Notes: generated by a model not told the origin, from the letters alone. A DNA stretch of 64,000 nt from an uncultured Gemmatimonadales bacterium (GCA_963716255.1 OY970303.1:1952001-2016000); one strand, 5' to 3'. Positions 1 through 10,206 are shown, counted from the first letter of the stretch. Program-made: numbers and translations.

Positions 1-2541
1 CTAGCTCATCGAAATCCAGATCGTGGTTCCCGGGCACCAGGATACATCTCTCCGCGGTCAACGAAAATCTTTCAATAATGCGGGATATCAGCGTGCGGGC
101 ATGCCTGAATTCCTCGACTTTGCCACGGTGCGCAAAATCACCGGACAGGATGAGGTAGTCGAGTTCACGCACGCTCAAGCCCTCCCGATCACGCAGATCG
201 GCGACCAGCGGCTGGAGAACGGCCTCGGGATCGGAATCGGCTCGGAAGTGCAAATCACTGAGATGCAGGAGCGTGATCGGCCGGGGTTCGATCGCCGCGT
301 GTCGGGCTTCTGCCATCCGTTCTTTCGTCCGTTGGATGATCAGGCGCCGGTTCTCACTGACCTGCGAGCGCATCGCCCACAGACGTCTACTTACCATTGC
401 ACTGCGCTCACGAAGGATTGCGGTGCTCTCGCGGATAGGGAACCTCAAGTCACAATTCGGGCAGCCAATATCTTCCTGGTTCTCAAGTATTCGGCGCCTG
501 ATCGTTTCCGGAGAGAACTGGAACCCGCATCGGCAGGTCATCGCGGCCTGCTCAATGATATCGACACCCTGGTCTCGCAGGCGCTCTTCGACGAACGAGG
601 TGAACAACTGAGCAGATTCTACCGGCGGGTCCCCCTTGAAGAAGATGTCGAGGCTCGCGAAGCCATACCCACGATCCACCTTACGAAATCCATAGACCCC
701 CGAGTCACGATACCCAAATTCAGCACGGTCCTCCCACAGTCGCACCGGCCCGAACCGTTCACTGATCGTCAGCGCAGCGACCAGTTCCGAGTAGATATTA
801 CTGACTGCACCCGAAAAGTCGTAATGCAGGAGTCCCAGGGCTGGAGTTGTCTCTTCTGTCGTTCCCTCGGTCGGGCGAAACAAGGCCGGGAAGACCAGCC
901 GGCCTTCGTGGCGAAGACAAATTCCACGATCGAGCAGGAGTTGGACGACACATTCCAGAACAATCGCTTCGTGCTGAGGAGAGAGCCGGCATTCGTCCGG
1001 AATTCCTGGAAACCGGAAAGAAGGCGATCCAAAGGCCCGCTCTTCGATCACCGGTGTGCCACGAGGGCTATTCCGCGCCGCGATGATGATTGCGCCGGCG
1101 TAACGCTCTATCTCGGCGATTTGAAGCACGAGCGCCCGCTTGCCATCCGAAAGCCTGGTTTCCGCGATCGTACCTTGAAGGGCCAGCTGCTCGACAACGG
1201 CATCCACTACTCTCGAGTCGATGTCATCACTAGCCACCTTCGCCAGATCCTCCTCAAGCTCGGTCTTGGTGGTGACCACATCCCCGCGTTCCCGACGACG
1301 TGCGATGATCTCCCGCGCCTGTTGAAAGAGAATAGGGCGGGCAGTCTTGGAGAGGACGTCCCAATCGATGTTCTGTGCGATCCGAGCCAGGAGCTCAGAC
1401 CGTCCTCTGCTGGTCTTCGCACTGACAGGTACGTACGCCGCGATCCCATACTCGGTGAGGAACCTGTCGATCGCAGGCTTGTCGACAATAGCGGGGTGCA
1501 AGTCGTCATCAAGTTTGCTGCCGATGAGCAGCTTCGTGGGTGCACGACCGACGATCTGGCGGTCAAAGCGGTGAACCCACTCGGCCGCTTCCAGCAGCGC
1601 GGTACGCCCGCGGGTTGGATCGACAACGATCAGGGCGACCGTCGTATCATGCATGAAAAGCTGGTGTACGAGGCGGTATTCCGCCTGCCCACCCATGTCC
1701 CACAACACCAGTTCACGGTGTTCGTCAGCACTCCCCGACCCGGATGGTACGAGGAACTCCCAGGGAAGCGGCCAGAAGCGCAAGCCGTGCGTCGTCCCTT
1801 GCTCCTCATACCGATCCTCTGCGATCCGCAAGGCCAAGCAGGACTTCCCGGCGTTGCTCTCTCCAACCAGAACGACTTTCGCGCTGGAGTAGAACGTAGG
1901 ACTACGATCCGCGCTCGATTGTCTGACGACACTCTGCTTCAGGTCCCACAACTCAACCGAGCGGTTCCCGTCGAAGAGCACTGCAAGCATGGACGTTCTC
2001 GGATGAAACGCCACACGTGAGTACGCGTGGGTGAGTTCCGACCCTATACCAACAGGCTGCCAATTGTCGGTCCGCCAAAATCGAATCGCTCCGTCGCCAG
2101 CCGTAGCAATCAGTTCTCCGTCGAACGACGGTGAAATCGTGTCCACTCGGCTGGCATGGCCTTCGAGAATGAAGAGCTGCTTGCCGACCCGATGCTTGTA
2201 GACACGCACGGTTCCGTCTGCCAGGCCAAATAGCTGAACGTCACCGTTGAGGAGCCACTCCGCGCTCGAGACTGCGTGCTCAGACAACTTGATCCTGGAT
2301 GATACCCGCCGGGCGACATCGAGGTACGCGACCTCTCCGTTCGCGAGACCGGCAACGATGGCACTGCCGTCCGGCTTCCATGCTAGACAGGTGACGGGTA
2401 CGTACCCGAAATCGGAAAAAACATGGACGAATTCGCCACCTCTCGACCACAGGCGAACGGTGCCGTCCGTCGACGAGGAAGCTAGCAGCTGGCCATGGGG
2501 AGCCCACCGCACCATCGCCACCGTTGCGACGTGGCCTTCAA

Positions 2542-4213
2542 CCCGGATCCTGCACGGGAGTGGCGCCCCGGTGGATTTCGCCTCTCGCGAGCCGGCAGAT
2601 GACGGCGGAGGCGGCGACCGAGCGAGCCGGGACGTTGCCGCCGCCCTCGCAAGAGGCTCTGCCGCGGCTGATTCCGGTCTGCCGGGCGCCGCAGGGCAAA
2701 GCGGCTCCACCACCGGGCCGATGGGCTCCGGTCTTCCTCGCCCTGCGTGCCTGCGCCAGAGACTCTCAGGCTGGCAGGGGCGGTCCCGTGCCGACCCGGC
2801 GCAGCGCCCGGAGCAGTTCTCGGCGCAGCGGCTCGGCCCGCTGGAGCTGCACGTACTGCTTGCGCGCGTGCGTGGTCAGCTTCGCCGGAAGGCGGAAGAG
2901 CCAGGCCCGCAGGCGCTTCGGCTGTGCCCGGCGCCAGCTTCCCGAGAGCGCCGTGGTGCGGAGGGTGTGGAGCATCTGATACGCCAGCGCACCCAGCGCC
3001 CAGAGCAGATGATTACCCCCCAGATCATCGACCGCCGTCTGCCCCACCGAGAGCTGTCCCAGCTCCTCGATCCGCTGCTCCACGAGCGCGCCCTGGTTGT
3101 AGAGCCGCCACGCCGAGAGGACGCTGATCCCCGCCACGTTGCTCAGCACGTGCGCCGTCTTCTCGACCTTGTAGCTCTCCAGCTCCAGCTCGCCTTCGGC
3201 GCCCCCGATCTCGCGCCGCTGTTCCACCGTCAGCAGCCGCGCGCCGTAGATCGTGCCCGAGGCCGTCCAGAGCTTGGGGTCCTTCTGGGAGCGGCGAAAG
3301 GGCGAGAGGTGACGCCGCAGCCACTTCTGGTCGGGCACCTTGAGCACGTAGCCGACCCCGAGGGCCTCCAGCGCCTCGACCATCTTCCGGGAGAAGAACC
3401 CCTTGTCCAGACGCAGCGTGATCTGCTCGACCCCGGCCGCGCGGAGCTGCCCCACCAGGGCCTCGATCCAGGGGATCGCCCCGGCGGCGGTGTGGGCGCT
3501 GCCCGCTCGCCAGCGCACGCCCAGGCAGTCGCCCGTCTCGGCCAGGAAGGCCACCAGCGGGTGGTGACTGGGTCGGCCCTTCTTCGTGGGGTTGTAGCCC
3601 TTTTCGGCGCCCGCCTGCTTGAGCCCGTATCGCTGCACCACCGTGCTGTCCAGCACCAGCATCACCGAGCGCGGCACTGCGCTCCTCGCCCAACGGGCAC
3701 GCACCATCTGCCAGAGAACGGCGTCGAGCTGCCCCGCCAGGCGCTCCCCGCCGCGACGCAGCCAGCGCCCGTAGGTCGTTGGATCGGGCAGGCCCTTCCA
3801 GCCGAAGAGGCGGCGGATGCCGCGCCCGCCCAGCAGGCGCAGATCATCCATGCAGCCGCCGCCGTAGAGCAGCAGTACGATCCAGAGCTCCACCATCAGG
3901 CTCGGCCGGTAGGCGCCGCGCAGCCAGGCCGCTTCGGTGTCGAGCCTCTGCCCCAGCCCCAGTCGATCCCAGAGACGGCGAAGCAGCAGCAGGCCCGCTC
4001 CGTCCGTCAGCTCACCGGCCGAGTGCCGAAGCCGCAGCGGGGCCGCCCTGCCTTGCACGTGGGGTCGAGAAGCGATAGTCTGAACTCGCACCGTCTGGGT
4101 GCCTATGGTTGGGTGGAATACTTCTGCCAGGAAGTTCCCTCAACCTACGGCCCCAGGCGGTGTTCTGCATCCTACCCCTCCCTTTTCCTACCTTCACCCG
4201 TGCAGGATCCGGG
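2542..4213 (-). mobile_element. IS1380-family insertion sequence, 1672 bp
   Basis: Perfect 17-bp terminal inverted repeats CCCGGATCCTGCACGGG (2542-2558, 4197-4213), flanked by 5-bp direct repeat TTCAA (2537-2541, 4214-4218); single transposase ORF. Confidence 0.93.
2766..4091 (-). CDS. IS1380-family DDE transposase (441 aa)
   Basis: Motifs LTDGAGLLL, LVLDST, GAEKGYNP...GRPSHHPL, LRLDKGFFS, YNQGALVEQRIEEL, LRAWLFRLPAKL typical of DDE_Tnp_1_4. Confidence 0.9.
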   Translation of the reverse strand: MRVQTIASRPHVQGRAAPLRLRHSAGELTDGAGLLLLRRLWDRLGLGQRLDTEAAWLRGAYRPSLMVELWIVLLLYGGGCMDDLRLLGGRGIRRLFGWKGLPDPTTYGRWLRRGGERLAGQLDAVLWQMVRARWARSAVPRSVMLVLDSTVVQRYGLKQAGAEKGYNPTKKGRPSHHPLVAFLAETGDCLGVRWRAGSAHTAAGAIPWIEALVGQLRAAGVEQITLRLDKGFFSRKMVEALEALGVGYVLKVPDQKWLRRHLSPFRRSQKDPKLWTASGTIYGARLLTVEQRREIGGAEGELELESYKVEKTAHVLSNVAGISVLSAWRLYNQGALVEQRIEELGQLSVGQTAVDDLGGNHLLWALGALAYQMLHTLRTTALSGSWRRAQPKRLRAWLFRLPAKLTTHARKQYVQLQRAEPLRRELLRALRRVGTGPPLPA

Positions 4214-4658
4214 TTCAAGAGTATGTACCGTCTTGAGATTTCGAACATCCCATATTCGAACGGTCCGATCCGCGGAACTCGATGCGAGAAGCCTCTCGTC
4301 GCGCGACCACGACAGACTCCGCACGTAATCCCTATGCTTCTCCCGGAAGAAGTCCACCCACCCGGACGAGGGGTCGGCCAAGTGGATCGAGCTGTTGGTA
4401 AAAGCAACCACGAACTGTTTGCCGTCGGGCGACCAGGCCAAGTCGACGATCGAGTCGATCCGTTGAGGTAGTCTGAGACGAAGTGTCAGAGCAGGCGATC
4501 GTGCATTCATGGAGAGATGGCGAGCGGGTTTGATGGGGGAATGTGATTTCAATGCACGCGTATGAGGCGGCGAGTCGTAGGCACCTCGAGCGATGTAGTA
4601 TACAGTCCTGGTTTCGTGAATTCCACGATTGCCGAGCAGTCATACATTCCAGCAGACA

Positions 4659-4695
4659 AACGGAAGCCCCCGGACCAGACGGCCCAGGGGCTCCG
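4659..4695 (-). terminator. Putative intrinsic terminator of the M16 peptidase gene, at the island boundary
   Basis: Imperfect GC hairpin followed by a short T-rich run on the minus strand. Confidence 0.5.
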
Positions 4696-4721
4696 AACAC
4701 CTGCCATCGGAGCACAACTGC

Positions 4722-7586
4722 CTATTTCACCCCCGCCGTCTCCGGAAGCAGCGTCACCTGCACGTAGTTCGCGGTGTCCAGGTAGCGGCGGGCGGCGCCC
4801 TGCACGTCGGCGGCGGTGAGGCGGGCGGTGCGCTCTCCCCCGGCGGGGATCTCGCGCAGGTCCCAGCCGCTGTTCACGTACGACATCATCTGCGAGATCC
4901 AGAAGGCGTTGTCGCGCATCTCCGTTTCACGCGAGCGCCGCTCCGCCTCCCGTACCTTCTGCAGTTCCGCGGGCGTGGGGCCGGAGCGCTTCAGCGAGTC
5001 CACCTGGGCGAGCACCACGCGCGTCAGCTCGTCCACCCGCTCCGGCGAGGTCCCGAAGCCGATGCTCACCGAGTAGGTGGGGCGCGGGTCGCGCGAGGCG
5101 CCGGCGCCCACGCTGGCCCCGTACGTCCCGCCCATGTCCTCGCGCAGCAGGTCGCGCAGGCGCAGGTCCAGCACCTCTGCCATGGCGTTCATCGCCGCCA
5201 GCGAGTCCCGGTCGAAGGCGGCGCTCCCGGTGAACACCAGCTGGGTGCGCGCCTTTGGCTCCACCCCCTTCCGCACCGTCTTGCGGATCACCCCGCGCGG
5301 GTACGTCATCCCCACGTCGCGCCAGCTTTCCCTGCGCCCGGTGGCGGGGAGCCCGCCCAGCCAGCGCTCCACCTGCGGCCGCAGGCTGTCGGGGTCCAGG
5401 CTCCCCACGAAGTAGAAGGTGAAGTCGCCCGCGTCGGAGAAGCGGTCGCGGTAGAAGGCCAGGGAGCGCTCCAGGTCCATCCGATCGAAGGTCGCGCTGG
5501 TGAGCGGTCGGGCGCGCGGGTGGTTCTGCGCCAGCGCCAGGCGCAGCGTGTCCCCGAAGGCCGCCTCCGGTGAGGCGTCGCGGTTGCGCAGCGCCTCCCG
5601 CGCGCGGGACTGGTACGTGTGGAAGGCGGCGCTGTCCGGGCGCGGCGCCGTGAAGTACAGGTACACCAGCTGGAGAAGCGTTTCCACGTCCTGCGTGGAG
5701 CCTCCCCCGCTGAACCCCTCGCGCAGGTCGCCGATGTTGGGGCCCACGCCCACCAGCTTGCCGGCGAGGCGCTTCCCCAGCTCCACCAGGCTCAGCTCGC
5801 CCACGCCTCCGCCCTGCACCACCCCGGAGGCGGTGAGCGCGGGCACCCAGAGCGAGTCGGGCGCCAGCGACAGCCCGCCGGGGCTGTTGCCGGCGAACAG
5901 GAATTCGTCCTGCTTGAAGTCGGTGGACTTCACGAACACGCGCACGCCGTTGGACAGCGTCCACTCGCGCACGTTCACCCCGGGGACCGTCCGCTCGGAC
6001 ACCACGCGTCCCGGCCGCGGCGGCGTGCCCACCAGGGGGCGGTCGGAGGTGCGGTCGTCGTAGGCCGCCACGGGGCGCCGGGCCACCGAGTCCACGACGG
6101 CGCGCAGCCCGGCCTCGGTGGGCACCCGCAGCCCGGCCTTTTCCGGGAGGCTCACCAGCACCACCCGCCCCGTCTCGCGCAGGCGGGCGGCGGCGAGGCG
6201 GTTCACCTCCGCCAGGGTGATCTCCGGGAGGAAGCGGCGGTACAGCTCGAACTCGGAGGCCACGTCGGGGATGGGCTCGCCCTCCAGGAAGTGGGCCACG
6301 TACTCCGCCGTGAACTGCCCGGAGTGCGTCTTGTCGCGCTCCGCGTACACCTGCTCCCACAGCCGCAGCAGCGTTTCCTTCTGGCGCGCCAGCTCCGAGG
6401 CGGTGAAGCCGTGCCGGGCCGCGCGCTCGGCCTCGGTGAGCAGCGCGTCCAGCCCGCGCTCCACCCCGCCGTCGCGCACCCCGGCCGAGAGCACCTGCGA
6501 CTCCGTGCCGCGCACCAGCGGACCCGAGGAGGCGGAGGCGGACAGGTAGGGCGCGTCCGGCTCCTGCGTCCGCTCGTACAGGCGGTCGCTCAGCATCCCC
6601 AGGTACAGCGTTTCCACGATCGCCTCGCGGTAGCCGCCCACCGTGCCGCCGGCGCGCTCCGGGTGCTTGAAGTACACGGTGACGCCGGAGCCGGTGGTTT
6701 CCGGGTCGGTCGCCACCGAGAACCGCGTTTCCGCGTGCTCGGGGATCCCGAAGGCGGGGCGCTCCCGCGGGGTGGAGGACGCCGGGATGGCGGAGAAGCG
6801 CTCGCGGATGGCGCGGACCATGGCGTCCTGGTCGAAGTCGCCGACGGCGACCACGGCCATCAGCTCCGGGCGGTACCACTCCGCGTAGAAGCGGCGGAGC
6901 GCGGCCGGGTCGGCGCGCTCCAGCGACTCCCGCGAGCCGATGGGGAGCCGCTCGGCGTAGCGCGAGCCGCGGAAGAGCACCGGGAACTGGCGGTCGCGCA
7001 GGCGCGAGCCGGCCCCCTGCCCCAGCCGCCACTCCTCGATCACCACCTTCCTTTCCTTTTCGATCTCCTCCGCGTCGAACGTCACCCCGCGCGCCCAGTC
7101 GTCCAGGATGCGCAGCCCGGTGTCCAGCACTCCGGCGCTGTCGGTGGGGAGGGTCAGCGAGAACACCGTCTCGTCGAAGCCGGTGTACGCGTTGACGTCC
7201 GCCCCGAAGCGCATCCCCACCCGCTCCAGGTAGTCGCGGATCTGCTGCTTGGCGAAGTTGCGCGTCCCGTTGAACGCCATGTGCTCCACCAGGTGCGCCA
7301 TCCCCCGCTGGTCATCGGTCTCCAGCACGGAGCCGGCGTTCACCACCAGGCGCAGCTCGGCGCGCTTCTCCGGCTCGTGGTTGGCGCGCACGTAGTAGCG
7401 CATCCCGTTCGGGAGCCGCCCCATGGCGACCGCCGGGTCAATCGGGAGCGGCGCCTCCAGCGGGGCGCGGGCGGTGGACGGGGTCGCCGCGGGGGCGGTG
7501 CTCCCCTGCGCGAGCGCGCCGGCCGGGAGCCCGGCCAGGGCGACGAGGACGAGGACGTGCGCGGGCACGGTACGGATCGGGGGCAT
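4722..7586 (-). CDS. M16 family (PqqL-like) zinc protease, secreted
   Basis: Inverted zinc motif HLVEHMAFNG, NAYTGFDETV, signal peptide ending ALA-Q; start reassigned to ATG 7586. Confidence 0.92.
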   Translation of the reverse strand: MPPIRTVPAHVLVLVALAGLPAGALAQGSTAPAATPSTARAPLEAPLPIDPAVAMGRLPNGMRYYVRANHEPEKRAELRLVVNAGSVLETDDQRGMAHLVEHMAFNGTRNFAKQQIRDYLERVGMRFGADVNAYTGFDETVFSLTLPTDSAGVLDTGLRILDDWARGVTFDAEEIEKERKVVIEEWRLGQGAGSRLRDRQFPVLFRGSRYAERLPIGSRESLERADPAALRRFYAEWYRPELMAVVAVGDFDQDAMVRAIRERFSAIPASSTPRERPAFGIPEHAETRFSVATDPETTGSGVTVYFKHPERAGGTVGGYREAIVETLYLGMLSDRLYERTQEPDAPYLSASASSGPLVRGTESQVLSAGVRDGGVERGLDALLTEAERAARHGFTASELARQKETLLRLWEQVYAERDKTHSGQFTAEYVAHFLEGEPIPDVASEFELYRRFLPEITLAEVNRLAAARLRETGRVVLVSLPEKAGLRVPTEAGLRAVVDSVARRPVAAYDDRTSDRPLVGTPPRPGRVVSERTVPGVNVREWTLSNGVRVFVKSTDFKQDEFLFAGNSPGGLSLAPDSLWVPALTASGVVQGGGVGELSLVELGKRLAGKLVGVGPNIGDLREGFSGGGSTQDVETLLQLVYLYFTAPRPDSAAFHTYQSRAREALRNRDASPEAAFGDTLRLALAQNHPRARPLTSATFDRMDLERSLAFYRDRFSDAGDFTFYFVGSLDPDSLRPQVERWLGGLPATGRRESWRDVGMTYPRGVIRKTVRKGVEPKARTQLVFTGSAAFDRDSLAAMNAMAEVLDLRLRDLLREDMGGTYGASVGAGASRDPRPTYSVSIGFGTSPERVDELTRVVLAQVDSLKRSGPTPAELQKVREAERRSRETEMRDNAFWISQMMSYVNSGWDLREIPAGGERTARLTAADVQGAARRYLDTANYVQVTLLPETAGVK

Positions 7587-7697
7587 GGAACCGGGTCGCT
7601 GGGATTCGTCGCCGAAGGGAGCGCGGGCCGCCGCGCCGGCAGGAGTACCCGGGACGCCGCGCGAGGTGCCTGGGCCCTGATGCCGGATCTGGCTGCG

Positions 7698-7848
7698 ACG
7701 GCATTGAACTGCCGGGTTCGGGCGTGCCCCCGGCTGGCGCCGGGGTCGGGCTTCGGCTCCGTAAGCCCGCAAACGACGCGGGCTGACGGAGTCGAGCCCC
7801 GGCAAACTGCCGCCGGGTCTCGCCCCTCCGGGCCGGAATCCCTCACGC
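7698..7848 (+). repeat. Structured intergenic repeat, copy 1
   Basis: GGGCGTGCCCCCGGCTGGCGCCGGGGTCGGGCTTCGGCTCCGT...ACGGAGTCGAG...TCTCGCCCC...ATCCCTCACGC, shared with nine other loci. Confidence 0.9.
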
Positions 7849-7873
7849 AGGCATCTCGCCGGCGTCCGCGGGG

Positions 7874-7996
7874 CCCCCACCCGGCGCTGCGCGCCACCCT
7901 CCCCCGATTCTGGGGGAGGGCTTCCTGTGCCTTGCCTTTCGCCGTGTCGTGCTCCCCCTCCCCCCTTAGCGGGGGAGGGGGTCGGGGGGAGGGGGG
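7874..7996. repeat. REP/BIME-like pair of C-rich/G-rich palindromes
   Basis: CCCTCCCCC...GGGGGAGGG hairpins in inverted arrangement; same layout as 34921-35040. Confidence 0.65.
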
Positions 7997-8004
7997 TCCG
8001 ACGG

Positions 8005-8037
8005 CGAAGGGGCGGCCCCGGCGGGGCCGCCCCTTCG
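8005..8037. terminator. Terminator-like hairpin
   Basis: CGAAGGGGCGGCCCC-ggc-GGGGCCGCCCCTTCG just downstream of the gene ending at 8068. Confidence 0.6.
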
Positions 8038-8067
8038 TGTTTCCGATCCCGGTCCGGGCGGCGGGCG

Positions 8068-8706
8068 TCAGCGCGCCCGGGTGGTGCCCGGGGCGGCGGG
8101 CGCGGGCGCTCCCTTGGGCGCCGCGGCGGGGCGGGGCTGGGGCTTCCAGTGCACCATCGCCACCACCGAGTCGATCGCGGGGCGCCCCTTGAGCTCGCCG
8201 AGGTGGGAGTGGATCATCCGCCCCTGCTCATCCAGCACCACCGTGAGCGGCACCGACCCCGCCCGGTAGAGGGCCGTGAGCTTGTCCTGGGGAAAGTGCA
8301 CCACCGGGAAGGGAAGCCGGTTCTTCGCCACGTAGCCGCGGGTGAGCCGGGCCGAGTCCAGCGAGATCCCGTACACCGCCACGGGGACGGAGCGGACCGT
8401 GTCCAGCGACGCCTTGATCTCCCGCCAGGCGGGGAGCGTGGACTGGCAGTACGGACAGGTGGTGGTGAAGACGAAGAGCACCTGCCGCCCCGCGGCCGGC
8501 GACTCCCCCACCGTCACCGGCGCGCCCTCCAGCGTGGTGGTCTGGAAGGTGGGAACGAACATCCCCGCGTACGGGCGCGTGGCGCGCTCCGTCATCTTGG
8601 AGTAGCGGTCGTTGAGGTCGCGCACCTTGAGCGAGAGCACCACCACGAGCGCCGCCGCGGCGGTGAGGGCGATCGCGGGGAGGAGTCTGCCGATCCGTTC
8701 CATCAT
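8068..8706 (-). CDS. Membrane-anchored thioredoxin-fold (TlpA/redoxin-like) protein
   Basis: N-terminal TM helix, FTTTCPYC, cis-Pro region VPLTVVLDEQG. Confidence 0.8.
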   Translation of the reverse strand: MMERIGRLLPAIALTAAAALVVVLSLKVRDLNDRYSKMTERATRPYAGMFVPTFQTTTLEGAPVTVGESPAAGRQVLFVFTTTCPYCQSTLPAWREIKASLDTVRSVPVAVYGISLDSARLTRGYVAKNRLPFPVVHFPQDKLTALYRAGSVPLTVVLDEQGRMIHSHLGELKGRPAIDSVVAMVHWKPQPRPAAAPKGAPAPAAPGTTRAR

Positions 8707-8907
8707 GGGGAGTGCTCCGGGAGGGAAGGGGGAAGCCAGCGGCCCGGAGGGAGCATAATGCGCCAGCTTTAGCGGATCAAGTGCCCGTCCCGCCGGCAGC
8801 GCGATTCGCCCGCCGGAAAGCCACGCTCCCCCTTGCGGACGCCGGCGCCACCCCGACCCCGGCACAGCCGGGGCACGTCCGGACAGGCAGTTCAATGCCG
8901 TTTCAAC

Positions 8908-10206
8908 TCAGCCCCCCGGCGCCGCGTCCCCGTCCAGCGCCTGGAGCGCGCCGCGCAGGCGGCCGAACATGGCCTCGATCTCGGGGAGCGAGACGGCGCC
9001 CACGGAGAGCCGGAACCAGCCGCTCTCCTCCGCCATGCCGAAGGCCTGGAACGGCACCGCGGCCAGTCCCGCGGCCTCCAGCAGCCAGCGGCGCACGTCC
9101 TCGTTGGTGCGGAGCTCGCCGCCCGCGGACCCCCGGCCGTGCAGCGGAAAGCGCGCGGTGAGGTAGATGGCCCCCATGGGGACGATGGCGTCCACGGGGA
9201 AGCCCTCTTCCCGGAGCCGCACCAGCCCGGCGTAGAGAGCGTCCAGCCGGGCGCGCACCCCCTCGCTCATGGTGGCGTGGTACGCGTCGATCTCGCCGTC
9301 CTCGCGGAGCAGCCGCGCGGTCGCCACCTGCTCGGCGCGCGGCGCCCACGCCCCCACGTGCCCCAGGATGCTCGCCATGCGCGAGGTCAGGTCCGGGGGC
9401 GCCAGCGTCCACCCCACGCGCACGCCGGTGGCGGCGAACGCCTTGGAGATCCCGTCCACGAACACGGTGTAGGGCGCGATCTCCGGGCGCAGCGACACCG
9501 GGTCCACGTGCACCGTGGGTGGAAAGGTGAGCATCCAGTACACCTGGTCGTACATCAGGTACAGCGGCCGCTCGTCCGGCCCGCGGCGCCGGTTCTCCTC
9601 CAGCACCAGGTCGCAGATCTCCCCCAGCGCCTCCGCCGTGAACGCGGTGCCGGTGGGGTTCAGCGGCGAGTTGAGCGCCAGGAGCCGCGCGCCGCGCACC
9701 ACGGGCTCCAGCAGCTCGCGCGTGGGGAGGAAGGCGTCCTCCGGCCGGCAGACCACCGGCACGCCCACGGCGCCCACCAGGTGCGCGTAGTGGTTGTTGT
9801 TCCAGGAGGGGACGGGGTACACCACGCGGTCGCCCGGGTCCACCAGCGCCCGGTAGGTGGCGTAGATCCCCGGCCGCGAGCCCCCGGTGACCAGCACGCA
9901 CTCCGGCGGGTAGTCCAGCCCCAGGCGGCGCCGGTTGAAGTCGCTCACGGCCCCGCGCAGCGCCGCCACCCCGTCCGAGGGCGGGTAGTTGGTCTCGCCC
10001 GCCCGCAGCGCCTCGCCGATGGCGCTCTCCAGGAACGCCGGGATGCGGAACTCCGCCGGGCTGAAGTCGCCCACCGTGAGGTTGCACACCACCGCCCCGT
10101 CCGCCACCATCGCGCGGATCTCGCCCGCGATCTTGAGGATCTCCGACCCGATGAGCCCCGCCGCCATGGCCGAGACCCTTCCTTCCCCTGCCGCCTGGTT
10201 CGCCAC
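8908..10206 (-). CDS. PLP-dependent aminotransferase class I/II
   Basis: NSPLNPTG, YDQVY, DGISKAFAATGVRVGW; GTG start with AAGGAGG upstream. Confidence 0.9.
   Translation of the reverse strand: MANQAAGEGRVSAMAAGLIGSEILKIAGEIRAMVADGAVVCNLTVGDFSPAEFRIPAFLESAIGEALRAGETNYPPSDGVAALRGAVSDFNRRRLGLDYPPECVLVTGGSRPGIYATYRALVDPGDRVVYPVPSWNNNHYAHLVGAVGVPVVCRPEDAFLPTRELLEPVVRGARLLALNSPLNPTGTAFTAEALGEICDLVLEENRRRGPDERPLYLMYDQVYWMLTFPPTVHVDPVSLRPEIAPYTVFVDGISKAFAATGVRVGWTLAPPDLTSRMASILGHVGAWAPRAEQVATARLLREDGEIDAYHATMSEGVRARLDALYAGLVRLREEGFPVDAIVPMGAIYLTARFPLHGRGSAGGELRTNEDVRRWLLEAAGLAAVPFQAFGMAEESGWFRLSVGAVSLPEIEAMFGRLRGALQALDGDAAPGG

Larger units (their letters stand above)
1..4510 (-). pseudogene. WD40-repeat / Roc GTPase / COR-like / calcineurin-like metallophosphoesterase protein (Roco-type), interrupted by IS1380; 3' end runs off window start
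   Basis: 5' part 4510-4214 reads MNARSP...LAWSPDG...LSWSRDERLLASSSADRTVRIWDV...TLE. After removing the IS the frame continues GHVATVAMVRWAPHGQLLASSSTDGTVRLW (WD40), then AKVVLVGESNAGKS, LWDMGGQAEYRLVHQLF, GSKLD, VSAKT (G1/G3/G4/G5), then near the window start LLHLSDLHF, LILSGDFA, VPGNHDL (metallophosphoesterase). Hand-translated; no in-frame stop seen between 2541 and 1. Confidence 0.88.

Noticed and set aside
23..2020. 665-aa plus-strand ORF
   Set aside because: In-register antisense shadow of the Roco gene; no recognisable motifs.
4510..4720. tRNA or att site at the island edge
   Set aside because: No cloverleaf, direct repeat or integrase visible; the other island end is outside the window.
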